From NCBI GenBank assembly GCA_015487785.1, contig WFPC01000050.1, positions 8,400 to 72,399 of the forward strand: 64,000 nucleotides of DNA, written 5' to 3'. The position numbers were made by a program, and so were the translations under genes. Positions within the stretch are counted from its first letter, which is position 1; the number at the start of each line of letters is the position of its first letter. Shown in pieces: positions 1-11,736 of the stretch. Source of the stretch: Gammaproteobacteria bacterium (lineage in GTDB: Bacteria; Pseudomonadota; Gammaproteobacteria; S012-40). The notes beneath the pieces are model-generated. The model was not told where the DNA came from, made no database searches, and saw only the letters and a list, made by a program, of their open reading frames with translations.

Positions 1-8
1 ATCTCACC

Positions 9-209
9 TTGTCGCGCATGGCCTCGGCAGGCGATATTCTGCCCGGCCTGGCGGCGATGGGCATCTTGATCGCGGCCACCAGCAATTCCCTGGTCAAGGG
101 GGTACTGGCCTTGAGCATCGGTGGACCGACCTTGGGCTTGCGTGTGTTCGTCCCCTTGCTGGTGGCCGGCTTGACCGGCATCGGCCTGGTCTGGTTCGGC
201 ATGGATTGA
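9..209 (+). CDS. C-terminal fragment of a membrane protein, 5' end outside the window
   Basis: Hydrophobic Gly/Ala/Leu-rich tail typical of TM helices. ORF is open to the window edge. No recognisable family. Confidence 0.35.
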   Translation: MSRMASAGDILPGLAAMGILIAATSNSLVKGVLALSIGGPTLGLRVFVPLLVAGLTGIGLVWFGMD

Positions 210-377
210 ACCAGGAACCTTTTCCTGCCGCTTGCGTCGTCATCCTTAAACAGTGTCATTTTCCCGGAAAACGTGATCCGTTTCACGAAACCTCGTTGTC
301 GCCATCAAAGCGGCGGCTGCGGGGACGATGAGGAAAATGACAGCAATGACGCAAGTTCAATTGATAGAGGTAGGAAA

Positions 378-563
378 ATGTCAAGAATCGACAATTACTT
401 GCAACTGGGTCCCGCGGTAGCGGAATTCGAGGACAGCTATTTCGTCGACGAGGCCCGCCTGGAACCCAATTCGGTGCACATCACCGACGACTGGGATACC
501 CAGATGGAAGAGTATTTCGACGACTTCGAGGATTTCGATTCCGCTTTCGAAGACGATTTCTGA
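378..563 (+). CDS. small acidic hypothetical protein of about 61 aa
   Basis: ORF 273..563 with an internal ATG at 378 preceded by aggtagga (RBS-like). Extremely acidic C-terminus (DDFEDFDSAFEDDF). Function unknown. Confidence 0.4.
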   Translation: MSRIDNYLQLGPAVAEFEDSYFVDEARLEPNSVHITDDWDTQMEEYFDDFEDFDSAFEDDF

Positions 564-606
564 ATTTCGGCTTTCCCCTTTGCCAGGGCGGGTGATAGCC
601 ACGCAA

Positions 607-1488
607 TCACCGCCTGCCCTGGCTCCTTTCACCAAGGAACGACAGCATGGCCAGGGCCGCATTGGATAGGGTGCGCTGGCGGTGTTGTATCACGCCCAAT
701 TGTCGCTCCAGCTCCAGGCCCTCGATGCGCAGCGGCTTCAGTTCCTCGTTTACCAGGGTCATCGGCAGCACGCTCCAACCCAGGCCCACCGAAACCATCA
801 TGCGAATGATCTCCAGGTAATTGGTGGCCAGCGATACCGTCAGGCTGGCATCCCGCGGCAGGGCGTTTTCCAGTAATTCCCGGGTATAGGTGTTGCGTTC
901 CGGCAGAATGGCCGGATAGTCACACAATTGCCCGGCTTGTACCTTCTCCTGCTGTGCCAGGGGATGCGCGGGTGCCACTACCACTGCCAGGGGGTCGGGC
1001 CAGATCACATGCTGGCGCAATGAAGGCTTGGGCCGGTTGGGCAGGGTGACCAGGGCAATTTCCAGCTCGCCTTGCTCCACTTGGTGGCAGGCCTGTTCCG
1101 AGCCCATGAAGCGCAGATCCAATTCTACCTCGGGATAGCGCTCGTGATAGCGGCGCAGAATGGGTGGCAGGTGATGCAGGCCGATGTGGTGGCTGGTGCC
1201 CAGGCGCAGGCGGCCACTGACCTCGTTGGAGAGTTGCTGAATGGCGCGCAGGCCGTCGTCCAGCCGATGCAGGGTGGCGCGAGCATGGGGCAGCAAGGCG
1301 CGACCAGCCTCGGTGAGCCGGATGTGCTGGCGGCCGAGACGGTCGAACAAGGCTTCGCCAAGTTCACTTTCCAGCCTGGCGATGCGCTTGCTGATGGCTG
1401 GCTGGGTGAGATATAGGGCCTGGGCTGCGCGCGAAAAGGAACCGTGTTCGGCCACGCTGACGAAGGCCTGTAGTTCGCTGATATCCAT
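607..1488 (-). CDS. LysR-family transcriptional regulator, divergent from leuC
   Basis: N-terminal wHTH (AFVSVAEHGSFSRAAQALYLTQPAISKRIARLE) and a LysR substrate-binding-type C-terminus. 293 aa. Confidence 0.9.
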   Translation of the reverse strand: MDISELQAFVSVAEHGSFSRAAQALYLTQPAISKRIARLESELGEALFDRLGRQHIRLTEAGRALLPHARATLHRLDDGLRAIQQLSNEVSGRLRLGTSHHIGLHHLPPILRRYHERYPEVELDLRFMGSEQACHQVEQGELEIALVTLPNRPKPSLRQHVIWPDPLAVVVAPAHPLAQQEKVQAGQLCDYPAILPERNTYTRELLENALPRDASLTVSLATNYLEIIRMMVSVGLGWSVLPMTLVNEELKPLRIEGLELERQLGVIQHRQRTLSNAALAMLSFLGERSQGRR

Positions 1489-1591
1489 GATTTATCATTC
1501 CAAAATAGAATGTATATCATGAAAAATATAAATTTGTGTAATGTCCTGCGCGACGCTATGCTTTCTTTCACTTGACGAGAGGAGAAAAGTC

Positions 1592-3004
1592 ATGTCGCCC
1601 AAGACGCTCTATGACAAACTCTGGGAACAGCATGTGGTGCGCGAGGACGACGACGGTACCGCCTTGCTCTACATCGATCGGCACCTGGTGCACGAGGTGA
1701 CCTCGCCCCAGGCCTTCGAGGGCCTGCGCCTGGCGGGGCGCAAACCTTGGCGGGCCAGCGCCAACCTGGCCACGCCGGATCACAATGTGCCCACTACCGA
1801 GCGTAGTCACGGAATCAGCGATCCGGTATCGCGCCTGCAAGTGGAAACCCTGGATCGCAACTGCCGTGAGTTTGGTATCGTCGAATTCAGTATGACCGAT
1901 CCCCGCCAGGGTATCGTGCACGTGGTGGGACCGGAGCAGGGCGCTACCCTGCCGGGCATGACCGTGGTCTGTGGCGATTCCCATACCGCCACCCACGGCG
2001 CCTTCGGGGCCCTGGCCTTTGGTATCGGTACCTCGGAGGTGGAGCACGTACTGGCCACCCAGTGTTTGATCCAGAAAAAGTCCCGCAACATGCTGGTCTC
2101 GGTGGAGGGCCAAGTGGGCAGAGGGGTCACGGCCAAGGACATCGTGCTGGCTATCATCGGCGAGATTGGCACGGCCGGCGGCACGGGTCACGCCATCGAA
2201 TTCGCTGGCGAGGCCATCCGGGCACTGTCCATGGAAGGGCGAATGACGGTGTGCAACATGGCCATAGAGGCCGGTGCCCGTGCCGGCATGGTGGCGGTGG
2301 ATGACAAGACCATCGCCTATGTGGAGGGACGGCCCTTTGCGCCCCGCGGCGCCCTGTGGGACAAGGCCGTTGCCGCCTGGCAGGACTTGCACAGTGATGC
2401 GGGGGCCCATTTCGATCGCGTAGTGTGCATGGATGCGGCCACCATCGAGCCCCAGGTCACCTGGGGCACCTCACCGGAAATGGTGGTGCCGGTGGGTGGG
2501 TGGGTGCCCGACCCGGCGGCGGAGACGGACCCGGTGAAGCGCGAGGGCATGGAAGCGGCGCTCGATTACATGGGCTTGCAGCCCGGTACTTCCATGACCG
2601 ATATCGCCCTGGACAAGATTTTCATCGGTTCCTGCACCAATTCGCGCATCGAGGATCTGCGCGAAGCCGCGGCGGTGGTCAAGGGACGCAGACTGGCGTC
2701 GAATATCAAGCAGGCTCTGGTGGTGCCCGGCTCTGGCCTGGTCAAGGCCCAGGCTGAGCGTGAGGGACTGGATCGTATTTTCACCGAGGCAGGCTTCGAA
2801 TGGCGCGAACCTGGTTGTTCCATGTGCCTGGCCATGAATGCCGACCGTTTGGAGTCCGGCGAGCGTTGTGCCGCCACCTCCAATCGTAATTTCGAGGGTC
2901 GCCAGGGCCCGGGTGGGCGCACCCACCTGGTGAGTCCGGCCATGGCCGCCGCGGCGGGCATCGCCGGGCATTTCGTCGACGTGCGTGAATTTAGCGGAGC
3001 ATGA
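1592..3004 (+). CDS. leuC: 3-isopropylmalate dehydratase large subunit
   Basis: Aconitase-family motifs, N-terminus [11 protein letters not shown], Cys ligands ([19 protein letters not shown]). Start taken at the ATG at 1592 after gaggagaaaag (RBS) rather than the ORF-track start at 1541. Confidence 0.95.
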   Translation: MSPKTLYDKLWEQHVVREDDDGTALLYIDRHLVHEVTSPQAFEGLRLAGRKPWRASANLATPDHNVPTTERSHGISDPVSRLQVETLDRNCREFGIVEFSMTDPRQGIVHVVGPEQGATLPGMTVVCGDSHTATHGAFGALAFGIGTSEVEHVLATQCLIQKKSRNMLVSVEGQVGRGVTAKDIVLAIIGEIGTAGGTGHAIEFAGEAIRALSMEGRMTVCNMAIEAGARAGMVAVDDKTIAYVEGRPFAPRGALWDKAVAAWQDLHSDAGAHFDRVVCMDAATIEPQVTWGTSPEMVVPVGGWVPDPAAETDPVKREGMEAALDYMGLQPGTSMTDIALDKIFIGSCTNSRIEDLREAAAVVKGRRLASNIKQALVVPGSGLVKAQAEREGLDRIFTEAGFEWREPGCSMCLAMNADRLESGERCAATSNRNFEGRQGPGGRTHLVSPAMAAAAGIAGHFVDVREFSGA

Positions 3005-3007
3005 TCT

Positions 3008-3652
3008 ATGGAAGCGTTCAGAAAACTCGATGGTCTCGTGGCCCCGCTGGACCGGGCCAATGTGGATACCGACGCCATTATTCCCAAGCAGTTTCTCAAG
3101 TCCATCAAGCGTACCGGCTTTGGCCCCAACCTGTTCGACGAATGGCGCTACCTGGATCATGGCGAGCCCGGCATGGACAACAGCAAACGGCCCTTGAACC
3201 CGGAGTTCGTGCTCAACCAGCCCCGTTACCAGGGTGCCAGCATCCTGTTGGCGCGGGAAAACTTCGGTTGCGGCTCCAGTCGCGAGCATGCGCCGTGGGC
3301 CTTGCTGGACTACGGTTTCCGGGTCATTATCGCGCCCAGTTTTGCCGACATTTTCTATAACAACTGCTTCAAAAATGGTATTCTGCCCGTTGTTCTGGAT
3401 GCCGCCGAAGTCGACGATCTGTTCCGTGAAGTCGAGGCCACGCCCGGCTACCGGTTGAACGTCGACCTGGAGTCCCAGACCATCACCAAGCCCACCGGCG
3501 AGCGAATCGGGTTCGAGGTCGATGCCTTCCGCAAACACTGCCTGCTCAATGGCCTGGATGACATCGGCCTGACCCTGCAGCATGTGGATGAGATCAAGAC
3601 CTATGAGGCCCGCCGCCGTCGCGAGGCGCCCTGGCTGTTTGCCGCGGAGTGA
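3008..3652 (+). CDS. leuD: 3-isopropylmalate dehydratase small subunit
   Basis: LeuD swivel-domain sequence ([13 protein letters not shown]). Starts 4 nt after the leuC stop. Confidence 0.95.
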   Translation: MEAFRKLDGLVAPLDRANVDTDAIIPKQFLKSIKRTGFGPNLFDEWRYLDHGEPGMDNSKRPLNPEFVLNQPRYQGASILLARENFGCGSSREHAPWALLDYGFRVIIAPSFADIFYNNCFKNGILPVVLDAAEVDDLFREVEATPGYRLNVDLESQTITKPTGERIGFEVDAFRKHCLLNGLDDIGLTLQHVDEIKTYEARRRREAPWLFAAE

Positions 3653-3665
3653 GAAAAGGAAACAC

Positions 3666-4835
3666 ATGAGCAAGAACGTTTTGATTCTGCCCGGTGACGG
3701 CATTGGTCCCGAGATCGTCGCCGAGGCCGTCAAGATCCTCAACTGCCTGCGCCAGGAGTGTGACCTGGACGTTGAACTGGAGCACGGCCTGGTGGGCGGT
3801 GCGGCCATCGATGCTTGCGGTAGTCCGTTGCCCGAAAAAACCCTGCAGCAGGCGCACGAGGCCGATGCCATCCTGCTGGGTGCGGTGGGCGGGCCCAAGT
3901 GGGAGAGTCTGGACATCACCATGCGGCCGGAGAAGGGCCTACTGGGTTTGCGGGCGGGGCTGGAACTGTTCTCCAACTTGCGTCCGGCCATCCTCTATCC
4001 GCAACTGGCCGGAGCTTCCACCCTGCGTCCCGAGGTGGTGTCCGGACTGGATATCATGATCGTGCGTGAACTTACCGGCGGGATTTATTTTGGTCAGCCA
4101 CGGGGCATCCGTACTCTGGACAATGGTGAACGCCAGGGCTTCAATACCCTGGTCTATAGCGAGTCCGAAATCCGCCGTATCGGTCGCTCGGCCTTCGATA
4201 TCGCGCGCAAGCGCAATAAGCGGGTGTGCTCGGTGGACAAGGCCAATGTGCTGGAGTGTACAGAATTGTGGCGCGAGGTGATGGAGGAGGTGGCCAGGGA
4301 CTATCCCGACGTGGAGCTGAGCCACATGTATGTGGACAATGCGGCCATGCAACTGGTGCGGGCGCCCAAGCAATTCGATGTGCTTGTCACCACCAATATG
4401 TTCGGTGATATCCTCTCCGACTGTGCCGCCATGCTCACCGGCTCCATCGGCATGCTGCCCTCGGCCTCGCTGGATGCGGCGGGCAAGGGCATGTACGAAC
4501 CCATACACGGCTCGGCGCCCGATATCGCCGGCCGGGGTATCGCCAATCCCCTGGCCACCATCCTTTCCGTGGCCATGATGCTGCGCTATTCGCTGGATCA
4601 GCCGGCCCTGGCCGGGCGGGTGGAGGCGGCGGTGAACGCGGTATTGGACGAGGGTCTGCGCACGCCGGATATCTACACCGAGGATACGGTGAAGGTGGGC
4701 ACGCAGGAGATGGGCGACGCGGTGATGGCCGCCATCAAGCGCGGTCTGTGGGACGAGGTCACCGGATCCCTGCCGGCGCAGGAGCGCAGCGAGATCTGCG
4801 CCCGCAGCGGTGGACACACCAACGACCAGGATTGA
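3666..4835 (+). CDS. leuB: 3-isopropylmalate dehydrogenase
   Basis: [19 protein letters not shown]-terminus, isocitrate/isopropylmalate dehydrogenase signature (NMFGDILSD). Internal ATG at 3666 chosen over the ORF start at 3582, which overlaps leuD. Confidence 0.95.
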   Translation: MSKNVLILPGDGIGPEIVAEAVKILNCLRQECDLDVELEHGLVGGAAIDACGSPLPEKTLQQAHEADAILLGAVGGPKWESLDITMRPEKGLLGLRAGLELFSNLRPAILYPQLAGASTLRPEVVSGLDIMIVRELTGGIYFGQPRGIRTLDNGERQGFNTLVYSESEIRRIGRSAFDIARKRNKRVCSVDKANVLECTELWREVMEEVARDYPDVELSHMYVDNAAMQLVRAPKQFDVLVTTNMFGDILSDCAAMLTGSIGMLPSASLDAAGKGMYEPIHGSAPDIAGRGIANPLATILSVAMMLRYSLDQPALAGRVEAAVNAVLDEGLRTPDIYTEDTVKVGTQEMGDAVMAAIKRGLWDEVTGSLPAQERSEICARSGGHTNDQD

Positions 4836-4897
4836 ACCCGGGCCGCGCCGGGCCGCGCGCGGCAAGACTGTGAACCAAGCCGAGCAACAGGTGGATC

Positions 4898-5920
4898 ATG
4901 TCCAAGACATATAATGTGGCAATCGTCGGGGCGACCGGCGCAGTGGGCGAGACCATGTTGTCCATACTGGAACAGCGTGATTTTCCCGTCGGCAAGCTGT
5001 ACCTGCTGGCCAGCAGTCGCTCCGCAGGGCGGCGCATGGCCTTCAAAGGACAATACGTGGTGGTGCAGGACCTGGCCGAGTTCGACTTCAGCCAGGTGCA
5101 GATCGGTCTGTTTTCGGCCGGGGGTGCCATTTCCCGTGAACATGCCCCCCGCGCTGCCGCCGCCGGTTGCGTGGTGATCGACAACACCTCGGAATTTCGC
5201 TACGACGATGATATTCCGTTGGTGGTGCCCGAGGTCAATGCCGAGCGCATCGAAGATTACCGCAACCGTAACATCATCGCCAACCCCAATTGCTCCACCA
5301 TCCAGATGCTGGTGGCGCTCAAGCCCATCTACGATGCGGTGGGCATCGAGCGCATCAATGTGGCCACCTACCAAGCGGTGTCCGGCACCGGCAAGGAAGC
5401 GATCGAGGAACTGGCCAGCCAGACTGCGGCCCTGCTCAACGGCAAGGAGATCAAGACCGAGGTCTATCCCCGGCAGATCGCGTTCAACTGTCTGCCGCAA
5501 ATCGACGTCTTCCAGGACAACGGCTATACCCGCGAGGAAATGAAAATGGTCTGGGAGACCAAGAAAATCCTCGAGGACGACGACATCCAGGTCAATCCCA
5601 CTGCCGTGCGGGTACCGGTGTTCTATGGTCATTCGGAGGCGATACACATCGAAACCCGGGACAAGATCACCACCCTGATGGCGCGTGATCTGCTGGAGAA
5701 TGCTCCGGGCGTGTGCCTGCTCGACCAGCGCGAGGACGGCGGTTATCCCACCGCGGTGACCGAGGGTGCCGGCAACGATCCCGTCTATGTGGGCCGTATT
5801 CGGGAAGACATCTCCCATCCGCGCGGGCTGGATCTGTGGGTGGTGGCCGACAACGTGCGCAAGGGCGCCGCGCTCAACAGTGTTCAGATCGCGGAAATCC
5901 TGGCGACCCGTTATCTCTAG
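4898..5920 (+). CDS. asd: aspartate-semialdehyde dehydrogenase
   Basis: MSKTYNVAIVGATGAVGETML NAD-binding N-terminus and Asd catalytic region. Conserved leuB-asd-fimV synteny. Confidence 0.95.
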   Translation: MSKTYNVAIVGATGAVGETMLSILEQRDFPVGKLYLLASSRSAGRRMAFKGQYVVVQDLAEFDFSQVQIGLFSAGGAISREHAPRAAAAGCVVIDNTSEFRYDDDIPLVVPEVNAERIEDYRNRNIIANPNCSTIQMLVALKPIYDAVGIERINVATYQAVSGTGKEAIEELASQTAALLNGKEIKTEVYPRQIAFNCLPQIDVFQDNGYTREEMKMVWETKKILEDDDIQVNPTAVRVPVFYGHSEAIHIETRDKITTLMARDLLENAPGVCLLDQREDGGYPTAVTEGAGNDPVYVGRIREDISHPRGLDLWVVADNVRKGAALNSVQIAEILATRYL

Positions 5921-5939
5921 TCCGGCGGTTGGCGCGAAC

Positions 5940-7793
5940 ATGGTCCGGCTCATGGCAGGGAAGCTGCTGGCGTTCTTGCTGTTGTTCGCCGGTGTGCCTG
6001 CCCATGCCCTGGAGTTGAGTGACATACAGGTCCATTCGGCGCTCGATCAACCCCTGCGCGCCAGTATCGAAATCGAAGACGCCAGCAGCACGGAGCTGGA
6101 CAGCCTCGAAGTGAAGCTGGCCGAGCCGGAACTCTATCAACGCCTCGAACTCGACTATGCTGCCATTCTCGAGACCTTGAGCCTGCGCCTGGAACGCAAG
6201 GCGGACAAGGCACGCATCCATATCGCCAGTGCGCAGCCCATGCGCGAGCCCTTTCTGGATTTCCTGCTGGAACTGAAGTGGGACAAGGGGCGGTTGGTGC
6301 GCGAATTCGTGATCCTGCTCGACCCGCCCAGCCTGTTGCGGCAAAAACTGCCGGCGGTACGGCCACCGGCCAGCGCTGGAATACCGGCCGGAGCCACTAC
6401 AACTGGCGGGAAAGCGACGGCGGGTGCTTCTGCCTATGGGCCGGTGAAGCGGGGTGAAACCCTGTGGCGCATCGCCACGCGTCTGCGCCCACCCGGCCTC
6501 ACTACCGAGCAAATGATGCTGGCCCTACTGGATGAAAATCCCCAGGCCTTCGTGGGCAACAACGTCAATCGCCTGCGCGAGGGAGCGATACTGCGCTTGC
6601 CCGACCCGGCGCGTGCCGGCCAGAGGCGCAGTGCCGATGAGGCACTGCGGGAATTCGCCCGGCAGTATCAGCAATGGCTGGCCGAGACCCGGCAGTCGGG
6701 ACAGGCCGGCAGACCCGTTGTCACCCCTGCGGGCAATGAAGTACCGGCGGCGGCCACTTCCCCCCGGCTGGAACTGTTGGCCGTGGACGAGGCCGCGGTG
6801 CAAGGCGGTAAGGGCCGTGCCGGTGGCGATAGTCTGCAAGCCCTGAAAGACAAGCTGGCCCTGGTGACCGAGGCCGTGGCGGTGGCCGAACGACGCAACG
6901 AGGAACTCAACCGCCGCCTGCAACTTCTGCAGCGACAGGTGGAGCAATTGCTGGCGGCCAAGGCGGCATTGGAGAGCGCGCAGGCAGTGGGAGCAGGAAG
7001 CGACAGCGAGGCCCCGCCGCGCATGCTTAGCCTGTTGGGAGAAAAGCCGCCGGCCAGTGGCCTGTCGCAGCCACAGATGGAGCGGGCACTCGCGCCCTGG
7101 TGGCGTGATCCCTGGTTGTTGGGGACCCTGGCGGCAGCCCTGTTGGTCACCCTGGTCCTGGCCACACTGCTCTACCGGGCTGCGCGCCGAGGTCGTCGGG
7201 CTGGCGAACAGCAACAGGATGAGACCCGCGGCAGCGACAGCGTGGGCCTGGAGCCATTGACCGAAATGGCGCACGAGGAGGGCGCGTGGCATGGCGACAG
7301 CCACGACATCGATCCCCTGATCGAGGCCGATCTCTACCTGCTGTACGAAAATTTCGACAAGGCCGAGAAACTCCTGAAGGAGGCCATCGAGGCCGATCCG
7401 GGACGTGACGAACTCAAGCTCAAGCTACTGGAAACCGTTTGCAAGAAACAGGATAAAGATGCCTTTCTCGACTTGGCCGAGGAGTTTTTTGCCGCCCTGG
7501 AGGGCAATCGCGGCCACCCGGCCTGGTCGCAGGTAGTGGTCATGGCCGAGAAGCTGGGGCTAATGGACAACCCGCTGTTTACGGACAATCCTCCGTCGCG
7601 GAGTGTGCCGGAAAAGCCTTCACCCTTCGAACGCGAGGATGAGCCGGGCACCCAGCTCGACCTGGCCCGTGTCTACTTGGAAATGGGCGACAAGGAGCAG
7701 GCCAGGGAAGCCCTGCAGCAGGTGATGCAGCGGGGCAGCGAAGAGCAGAGGAGCCAGGCCCGGGCCTGGCTCGAACAACTGGACAAGGATTGA
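5940..7793 (+). CDS. fimV: FimV/HubP-like peptidoglycan-binding protein
   Basis: Signal peptide (MVRLMAGKLLAFLLLFAGVPAHA), LysM-like segment (GETLWRIATRL...), a single TM helix near residue 480, and a C-terminal FimV-type TPR-like motif (LDLARVYLEMGDKEQAREAL). Start chosen at ATG 5940, not ORF start 5766 which overlaps asd. Confidence 0.85.
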   Translation: MVRLMAGKLLAFLLLFAGVPAHALELSDIQVHSALDQPLRASIEIEDASSTELDSLEVKLAEPELYQRLELDYAAILETLSLRLERKADKARIHIASAQPMREPFLDFLLELKWDKGRLVREFVILLDPPSLLRQKLPAVRPPASAGIPAGATTTGGKATAGASAYGPVKRGETLWRIATRLRPPGLTTEQMMLALLDENPQAFVGNNVNRLREGAILRLPDPARAGQRRSADEALREFARQYQQWLAETRQSGQAGRPVVTPAGNEVPAAATSPRLELLAVDEAAVQGGKGRAGGDSLQALKDKLALVTEAVAVAERRNEELNRRLQLLQRQVEQLLAAKAALESAQAVGAGSDSEAPPRMLSLLGEKPPASGLSQPQMERALAPWWRDPWLLGTLAAALLVTLVLATLLYRAARRGRRAGEQQQDETRGSDSVGLEPLTEMAHEEGAWHGDSHDIDPLIEADLYLLYENFDKAEKLLKEAIEADPGRDELKLKLLETVCKKQDKDAFLDLAEEFFAALEGNRGHPAWSQVVVMAEKLGLMDNPLFTDNPPSRSVPEKPSPFEREDEPGTQLDLARVYLEMGDKEQAREALQQVMQRGSEEQRSQARAWLEQLDKD

Positions 7794-7804
7794 GCCCTGC
7801 CGGC

Positions 7805-9025
7805 TCAGGCGGTGTACTTGCGGAACACCAGGCTGGCGTTGGTGCCGCCGAAACCGAAGCTGTTGGACATTACTGTTTTGAGGCCGACGTTTTCGAGGGG
7901 CTGGCGAACCAGGGGCAGACCCTCGGCGGCGGGATCGAGTTCCTCGATATTGGCCGAGGCGGACACGAAATCCTGTTCCAGCATCAACAGGCTGTAGATG
8001 GCCTCGTGCACCCCGGCGGCTCCCAGGGAATGCCCGGTGAGCGACTTGGTGGAGCTGATCTTGGGGGCCTGCTCGCCGAACACCGTGCGCACCGCTTCCA
8101 GTTCCTTGATGTCACCGGCGGGCGTACTGGTACCATGGGCATTGATGTAATCGATGGGGCTGTCCACCGTGGCCATGGCCTGCTGCATGCAACGTACCGC
8201 GCCTTCGCCGGAGGGTTGCACCATGTCGTAGCCGTCGGAAGTGGCGCCGTAGCCCACCAGTTCGGCATAGATTCTGGCGCCGCGTTGCAGGGCGTGCTCC
8301 AGTTCTTCCAGTACCACGATGCCACCACCGCCGGAAATCACGAAGCCGTCGCGGTTGGCATCGTAGGGGCGTGAAGCAGCCTGCGGGCGGTCGTTGTACT
8401 TGGACGACAGTGCTCCCATGGCGTCGAACAGTACCGATTCGGTCCAGTCCAGTTCCTCGCCGCCGCCGGCGAAGATCATGTCCTGCTTGCCCATCTGAAT
8501 CAGCTCGTAGGCATTGCCGATGCAATGGGCGCTGGTGGAGCAGGCCGAGCTGATGGAATAGTTGACACCCTTGATCTTGAACGCGGTGGAGAGACAGGCC
8601 GAAGTGGTGCTGCCCATGGTTCGGGTGACCATGTAGGGGCCTACCCGGCGCACGCCTTTTTCACGCATGATGTCGGCGGCCAACACGGCATTTCTGTTAG
8701 AAGCTCCGCCGGAGCCGGTGATCAGGCCGATACGGGGATTGCTGATGGCCTCGCCTTCTTCCAGCCCCGCGTCCTCCAGGGCCTGTTTCATGGCGATGTA
8801 ACTGTAGGCGGCAGCGTCGCCCATGAAGCGCAACAGCTTGCGATCGATGTGTTCGGCGAGATCGATGTGAATGTCACCACAGACATGGCTGCGAAAGCCC
8901 ATGCGGGCATATTCCTCGCAGAATTCTATGCCCGATCGCCCACTTCTGAGGGAGTCGGCGACTTCCCGCGAATTATTGCCAATACTGGAAACGATACCCA
9001 ATCCGGTAACGACGACACGTCTCAA
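7805..9025 (-). CDS. fabB: 3-oxoacyl-ACP synthase I
   Basis: Full-length collinear match to KAS I ([11 protein letters not shown], active-site Cys region [15 protein letters not shown]-terminal [13 protein letters not shown]). Immediately downstream of fabA. Confidence 0.93.
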   Translation of the reverse strand: MRRVVVTGLGIVSSIGNNSREVADSLRSGRSGIEFCEEYARMGFRSHVCGDIHIDLAEHIDRKLLRFMGDAAAYSYIAMKQALEDAGLEEGEAISNPRIGLITGSGGASNRNAVLAADIMREKGVRRVGPYMVTRTMGSTTSACLSTAFKIKGVNYSISSACSTSAHCIGNAYELIQMGKQDMIFAGGGEELDWTESVLFDAMGALSSKYNDRPQAASRPYDANRDGFVISGGGGIVVLEELEHALQRGARIYAELVGYGATSDGYDMVQPSGEGAVRCMQQAMATVDSPIDYINAHGTSTPAGDIKELEAVRTVFGEQAPKISSTKSLTGHSLGAAGVHEAIYSLLMLEQDFVSASANIEELDPAAEGLPLVRQPLENVGLKTVMSNSFGFGGTNASLVFRKYTA

Positions 9026-9035
9026 GATAGCACCC

Positions 9036-9569
9036 TCAAAATTGATCCGTAGAGGTGAATAAACCTACCCGCAAGCCGGTTGCCTGGTAGATTTCCCTAC
9101 CATCGACTTCCATGCATGCATCCGCGATACCCATGAACAGTTTGCGCATGATAACGCGTTTCAACTGGACGCGGTAGGTAACCATTCTGTTTTTGGGGGT
9201 TACTTGGCCGGTGAACTTCACGGTCTCGGCCCCCAGGGCCCGGCCATGTCCGGGGCCGCCCATCCAGCCGAGATAGAAACCCACCAGTTGCCACATGGCG
9301 TCCAGCCCCAGACAGCCGGGCATGACCGGGTCGTTCTCGAAATGGCAATCGAAGAACCACAGCTCCGGCGTGATGTCCAGCTCGGCGATCACTTCGCCCT
9401 TGCCATAGGCACCGCCCTGATCGCTGATATGGGTGATGCGGTCGAACATCAGCATGGGCGGAAGGGGCAATTGGGCGTTGCCCGGACCGAACAGCTTACC
9501 GTGCCCACAGGCGAGCAATTCTTCCCGAGTGAAACTGGTTTGTTTTTCCATCGGCCTCTCACTAAACAT
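9036..9569 (-). CDS. fabA: 3-hydroxydecanoyl-ACP dehydratase/isomerase
   Basis: FabA hot-dog motifs ([32 protein letters not shown]). Alternative ATG at 9551 gives a 171 aa product matching the E. coli length. Confidence 0.9.
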   Translation of the reverse strand: MFSERPMEKQTSFTREELLACGHGKLFGPGNAQLPLPPMLMFDRITHISDQGGAYGKGEVIAELDITPELWFFDCHFENDPVMPGCLGLDAMWQLVGFYLGWMGGPGHGRALGAETVKFTGQVTPKNRMVTYRVQLKRVIMRKLFMGIADACMEVDGREIYQATGLRVGLFTSTDQF

Positions 9570-9682
9570 GAAGCAAAGATAGCGTATTTACCGGGGCGGT
9601 GAATACAAAACGGCATAACCTACCATAGAATCGGTTTTTTTTTAACTGTAATCCGCTCTGGCAGATCTTTATTGTCACCGGC

Positions 9683-10606
9683 ATGGGCCTGGGCGCCGGA
9701 TGGGGTTACCATAGCGACATGCCTTATCCAGCCAAGAAACCCCGCCAGGATGCTTTCCTGCGCTTTGTCTTCCGTCATCTCGGGCACAGGTTTCCGCGTC
9801 TTGCCGGACACTTGTTCTATCACTTGTGGTTTCGAGTACGGCGCCTGGAAGGGCGGCAGAGTCCGCAGATCATGGCGCGCGCCGGATTTACCTGCGAAGA
9901 CTGGCCGGTCGCGGGCAAGCGCGTCAAGATCTATGCCTGCGGTCAGGGGCCGGTGGTGGTGTTGGTGCATGGCTGGAGTGGTCATGCCGGTCAATACCAG
10001 GCCTGGGTGCAAGCTCTATTGGAGGCGGGTTTCCGGGTTCTGGCCTTCGATGCGCCAGGGCATGGTGGCAGCAGTTCCAATCATACCCATCTACTGGAGA
10101 TCGAAAGCATTCTGCGTCGCATCCAGGCGCGTGAGGGCGAGTTTCATGCCGTGGTTGCGCACTCCTATGGCGGCGTGGTGGCGGCGCATGCCCTGCGAGA
10201 GGGACTGCGGGCAGGGTGTTTACTCGGCCTGGCCATGCCAGCGGATGCGCGGCGCCTGGTGGAACGCACGGCGGTCAGCCTGGCGTTGCCCGCAGCGGCG
10301 CTGGCGGAGTTCGACCGCCTGGTGGCGGCGCGCTTCGGTAGCCATTGGTGGCAGCGGATATCGCCGATCAACAATGTGGCCTCACTGGGCATACCGGGTA
10401 TGTTGGTACATGACAGGCGCGATCGCATCGTACCGGTGGCAGAGGCCGAGCGCTTGCACCGTTGCTGGCCCGGATCCCGGCTATTGTTGACCGAGGGTCT
10501 GGGGCACACGCGCCTGTTGCGCTCGGATTCGGTGATAGCACAAGGCCTGGCTTTTCTGTGTGGCCAGAAAGCCGCCGAGCATGAGCAGGTCAAAAATGAT
10601 GTCTAA
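9683..10606 (+). CDS. alpha/beta-fold hydrolase
   Basis: Nucleophile-elbow context (VVAHSYGGVVA), HGWSGH motif and catalytic His near the C-terminus (GLGHTRLL). Confidence 0.8.
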   Translation: MGLGAGWGYHSDMPYPAKKPRQDAFLRFVFRHLGHRFPRLAGHLFYHLWFRVRRLEGRQSPQIMARAGFTCEDWPVAGKRVKIYACGQGPVVVLVHGWSGHAGQYQAWVQALLEAGFRVLAFDAPGHGGSSSNHTHLLEIESILRRIQAREGEFHAVVAHSYGGVVAAHALREGLRAGCLLGLAMPADARRLVERTAVSLALPAAALAEFDRLVAARFGSHWWQRISPINNVASLGIPGMLVHDRRDRIVPVAEAERLHRCWPGSRLLLTEGLGHTRLLRSDSVIAQGLAFLCGQKAAEHEQVKNDV

Positions 10607-11464
10607 TTAACTGGTCGGGGTATGATTTTGCGCCGCCAGCAAGGTGTTGGTCATCAGCATGGCCACAGTCATGGGACCCACGCCGCCGGGCACCGGGGTG
10701 ATCCAGCCGGCCCGCTCGGCTGCCGGTTCGAATTCCACGTCGCCCGCCAGTCTTCCCGAACTCAGACGATTGATGCCGATGTCGATAACCATGGCGCCAG
10801 GTTTGATCCACGTGCCCTCCACCAGCTCCGGTTTGCCCACCCCCACCACGAGGATGTCGCCCCGGCCCACATGGGCCGGCAGATCCCGGGTGAAACGGTG
10901 GCAGGTGGTGACGGTGCAACCGGCCATCAACAGCTCCAGTCCCATGGGACGGCCCACGTGATTGGAAGCACCCACCACCACGGCATGCTTGCCGCGGATA
11001 TCCTCGCCGGTGGATTCCAGCAGCTTCATCACCCCGAAAGGGGTGCAGGGACGTAATGTGGGCATGCGACTGGCCAGGCGGCCCAGGTTGTAGGGATGAA
11101 AGCCATCCACATCCTTGTCTGGATGAATGCGTTCGATGATTGCCGTGGCGTCGATGTGCGCGGGCAGAGGCAGTTGTACCAGGATGCCATCGACCCTGGC
11201 ATCCTGGTTGAGCCGGTCGATCAGTGCCAGCAGTTCCTGCTCGGTGGTATTTCCCGGCAGGGTATGGGAAAAGGACACGATACCGGTCTGTTCACAGGCC
11301 TTTTTCTTGTTGTTGACATAGACCTGGGAGGCTGGGTCATCGCCTACCAGGATCACCGCCAGGCCCGGGGGGCGCAAGCCATTCTGACCCCGTTGGATGA
11401 TTTGGTGATGCACCTCGTCGAGGATGTTTTGGGCGATGGCCTTGCCATTGATCAGCTTGCTCAT
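10607..11464 (-). CDS. folD: bifunctional methylenetetrahydrofolate dehydrogenase/cyclohydrolase
   Basis: [19 protein letters not shown]-terminus and FolD motifs ([13 protein letters not shown]). Confidence 0.95.
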   Translation of the reverse strand: MSKLINGKAIAQNILDEVHHQIIQRGQNGLRPPGLAVILVGDDPASQVYVNNKKKACEQTGIVSFSHTLPGNTTEQELLALIDRLNQDARVDGILVQLPLPAHIDATAIIERIHPDKDVDGFHPYNLGRLASRMPTLRPCTPFGVMKLLESTGEDIRGKHAVVVGASNHVGRPMGLELLMAGCTVTTCHRFTRDLPAHVGRGDILVVGVGKPELVEGTWIKPGAMVIDIGINRLSSGRLAGDVEFEPAAERAGWITPVPGGVGPMTVAMLMTNTLLAAQNHTPTS

Positions 11465-11668
11465 GGACGGACTGCTCTCGGGATTGATGGTTTGCGTGGA
11501 CGAGCCGGCCCAGTCATCGGGAAGTTGGCGAGTGTGCCTGCATTCGATGCTCGGGCGGCTTCGCTGTCGATGGCGCGATATGATCGCATGCTTGGGCGAT
11601 CAGGCCAAGCATGCCTTGCCTTCAATGGGGAAATTGCCGGAGGGGAAAGGGAAAATCACGACAAGGCA

Positions 11669-11697
11669 TTGACCTGGAGGCTCTCTACGCCTATTAT
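11669..11697 (+). promoter_or_regulatory. sigma70-type promoter of the tRNA operon
   Basis: TTGACC-N17-TATTAT read directly from the sequence, about 40 nt upstream of tRNA-Pro. Confidence 0.5.
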
Positions 11698-11736
11698 TTG
11701 GCACCCGTTTATCGGCTCGGTCCAGCAGCGGGATAT

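Noticed and set aside
1489-1591. Possible leu leader peptide or attenuator in the AT-rich leuC upstream region
   Set aside because: The only small ORF ([18 protein letters not shown]) is not Leu-rich and no terminator/antiterminator pair was evident. A divergent LysR regulator suggests protein-mediated control instead.
2471-3991. 506-aa minus-strand ORF spanning leuC and leuD
   Set aside because: Antisense to two unambiguous, highly conserved genes. Its Arg/Pro/Ala-rich composition is typical of shadow ORFs in 63% GC DNA. The same applies to 4673..6025 (-), 1568..2410 (-), 3939..4865 (-), 6525..7304 (-) and similar.
5766-5939. Longer N-terminal extension of fimV (ORF start 5766)
   Set aside because: Overlaps asd by about 150 nt in another frame. 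The signal peptide starts at the ATG at 5940.
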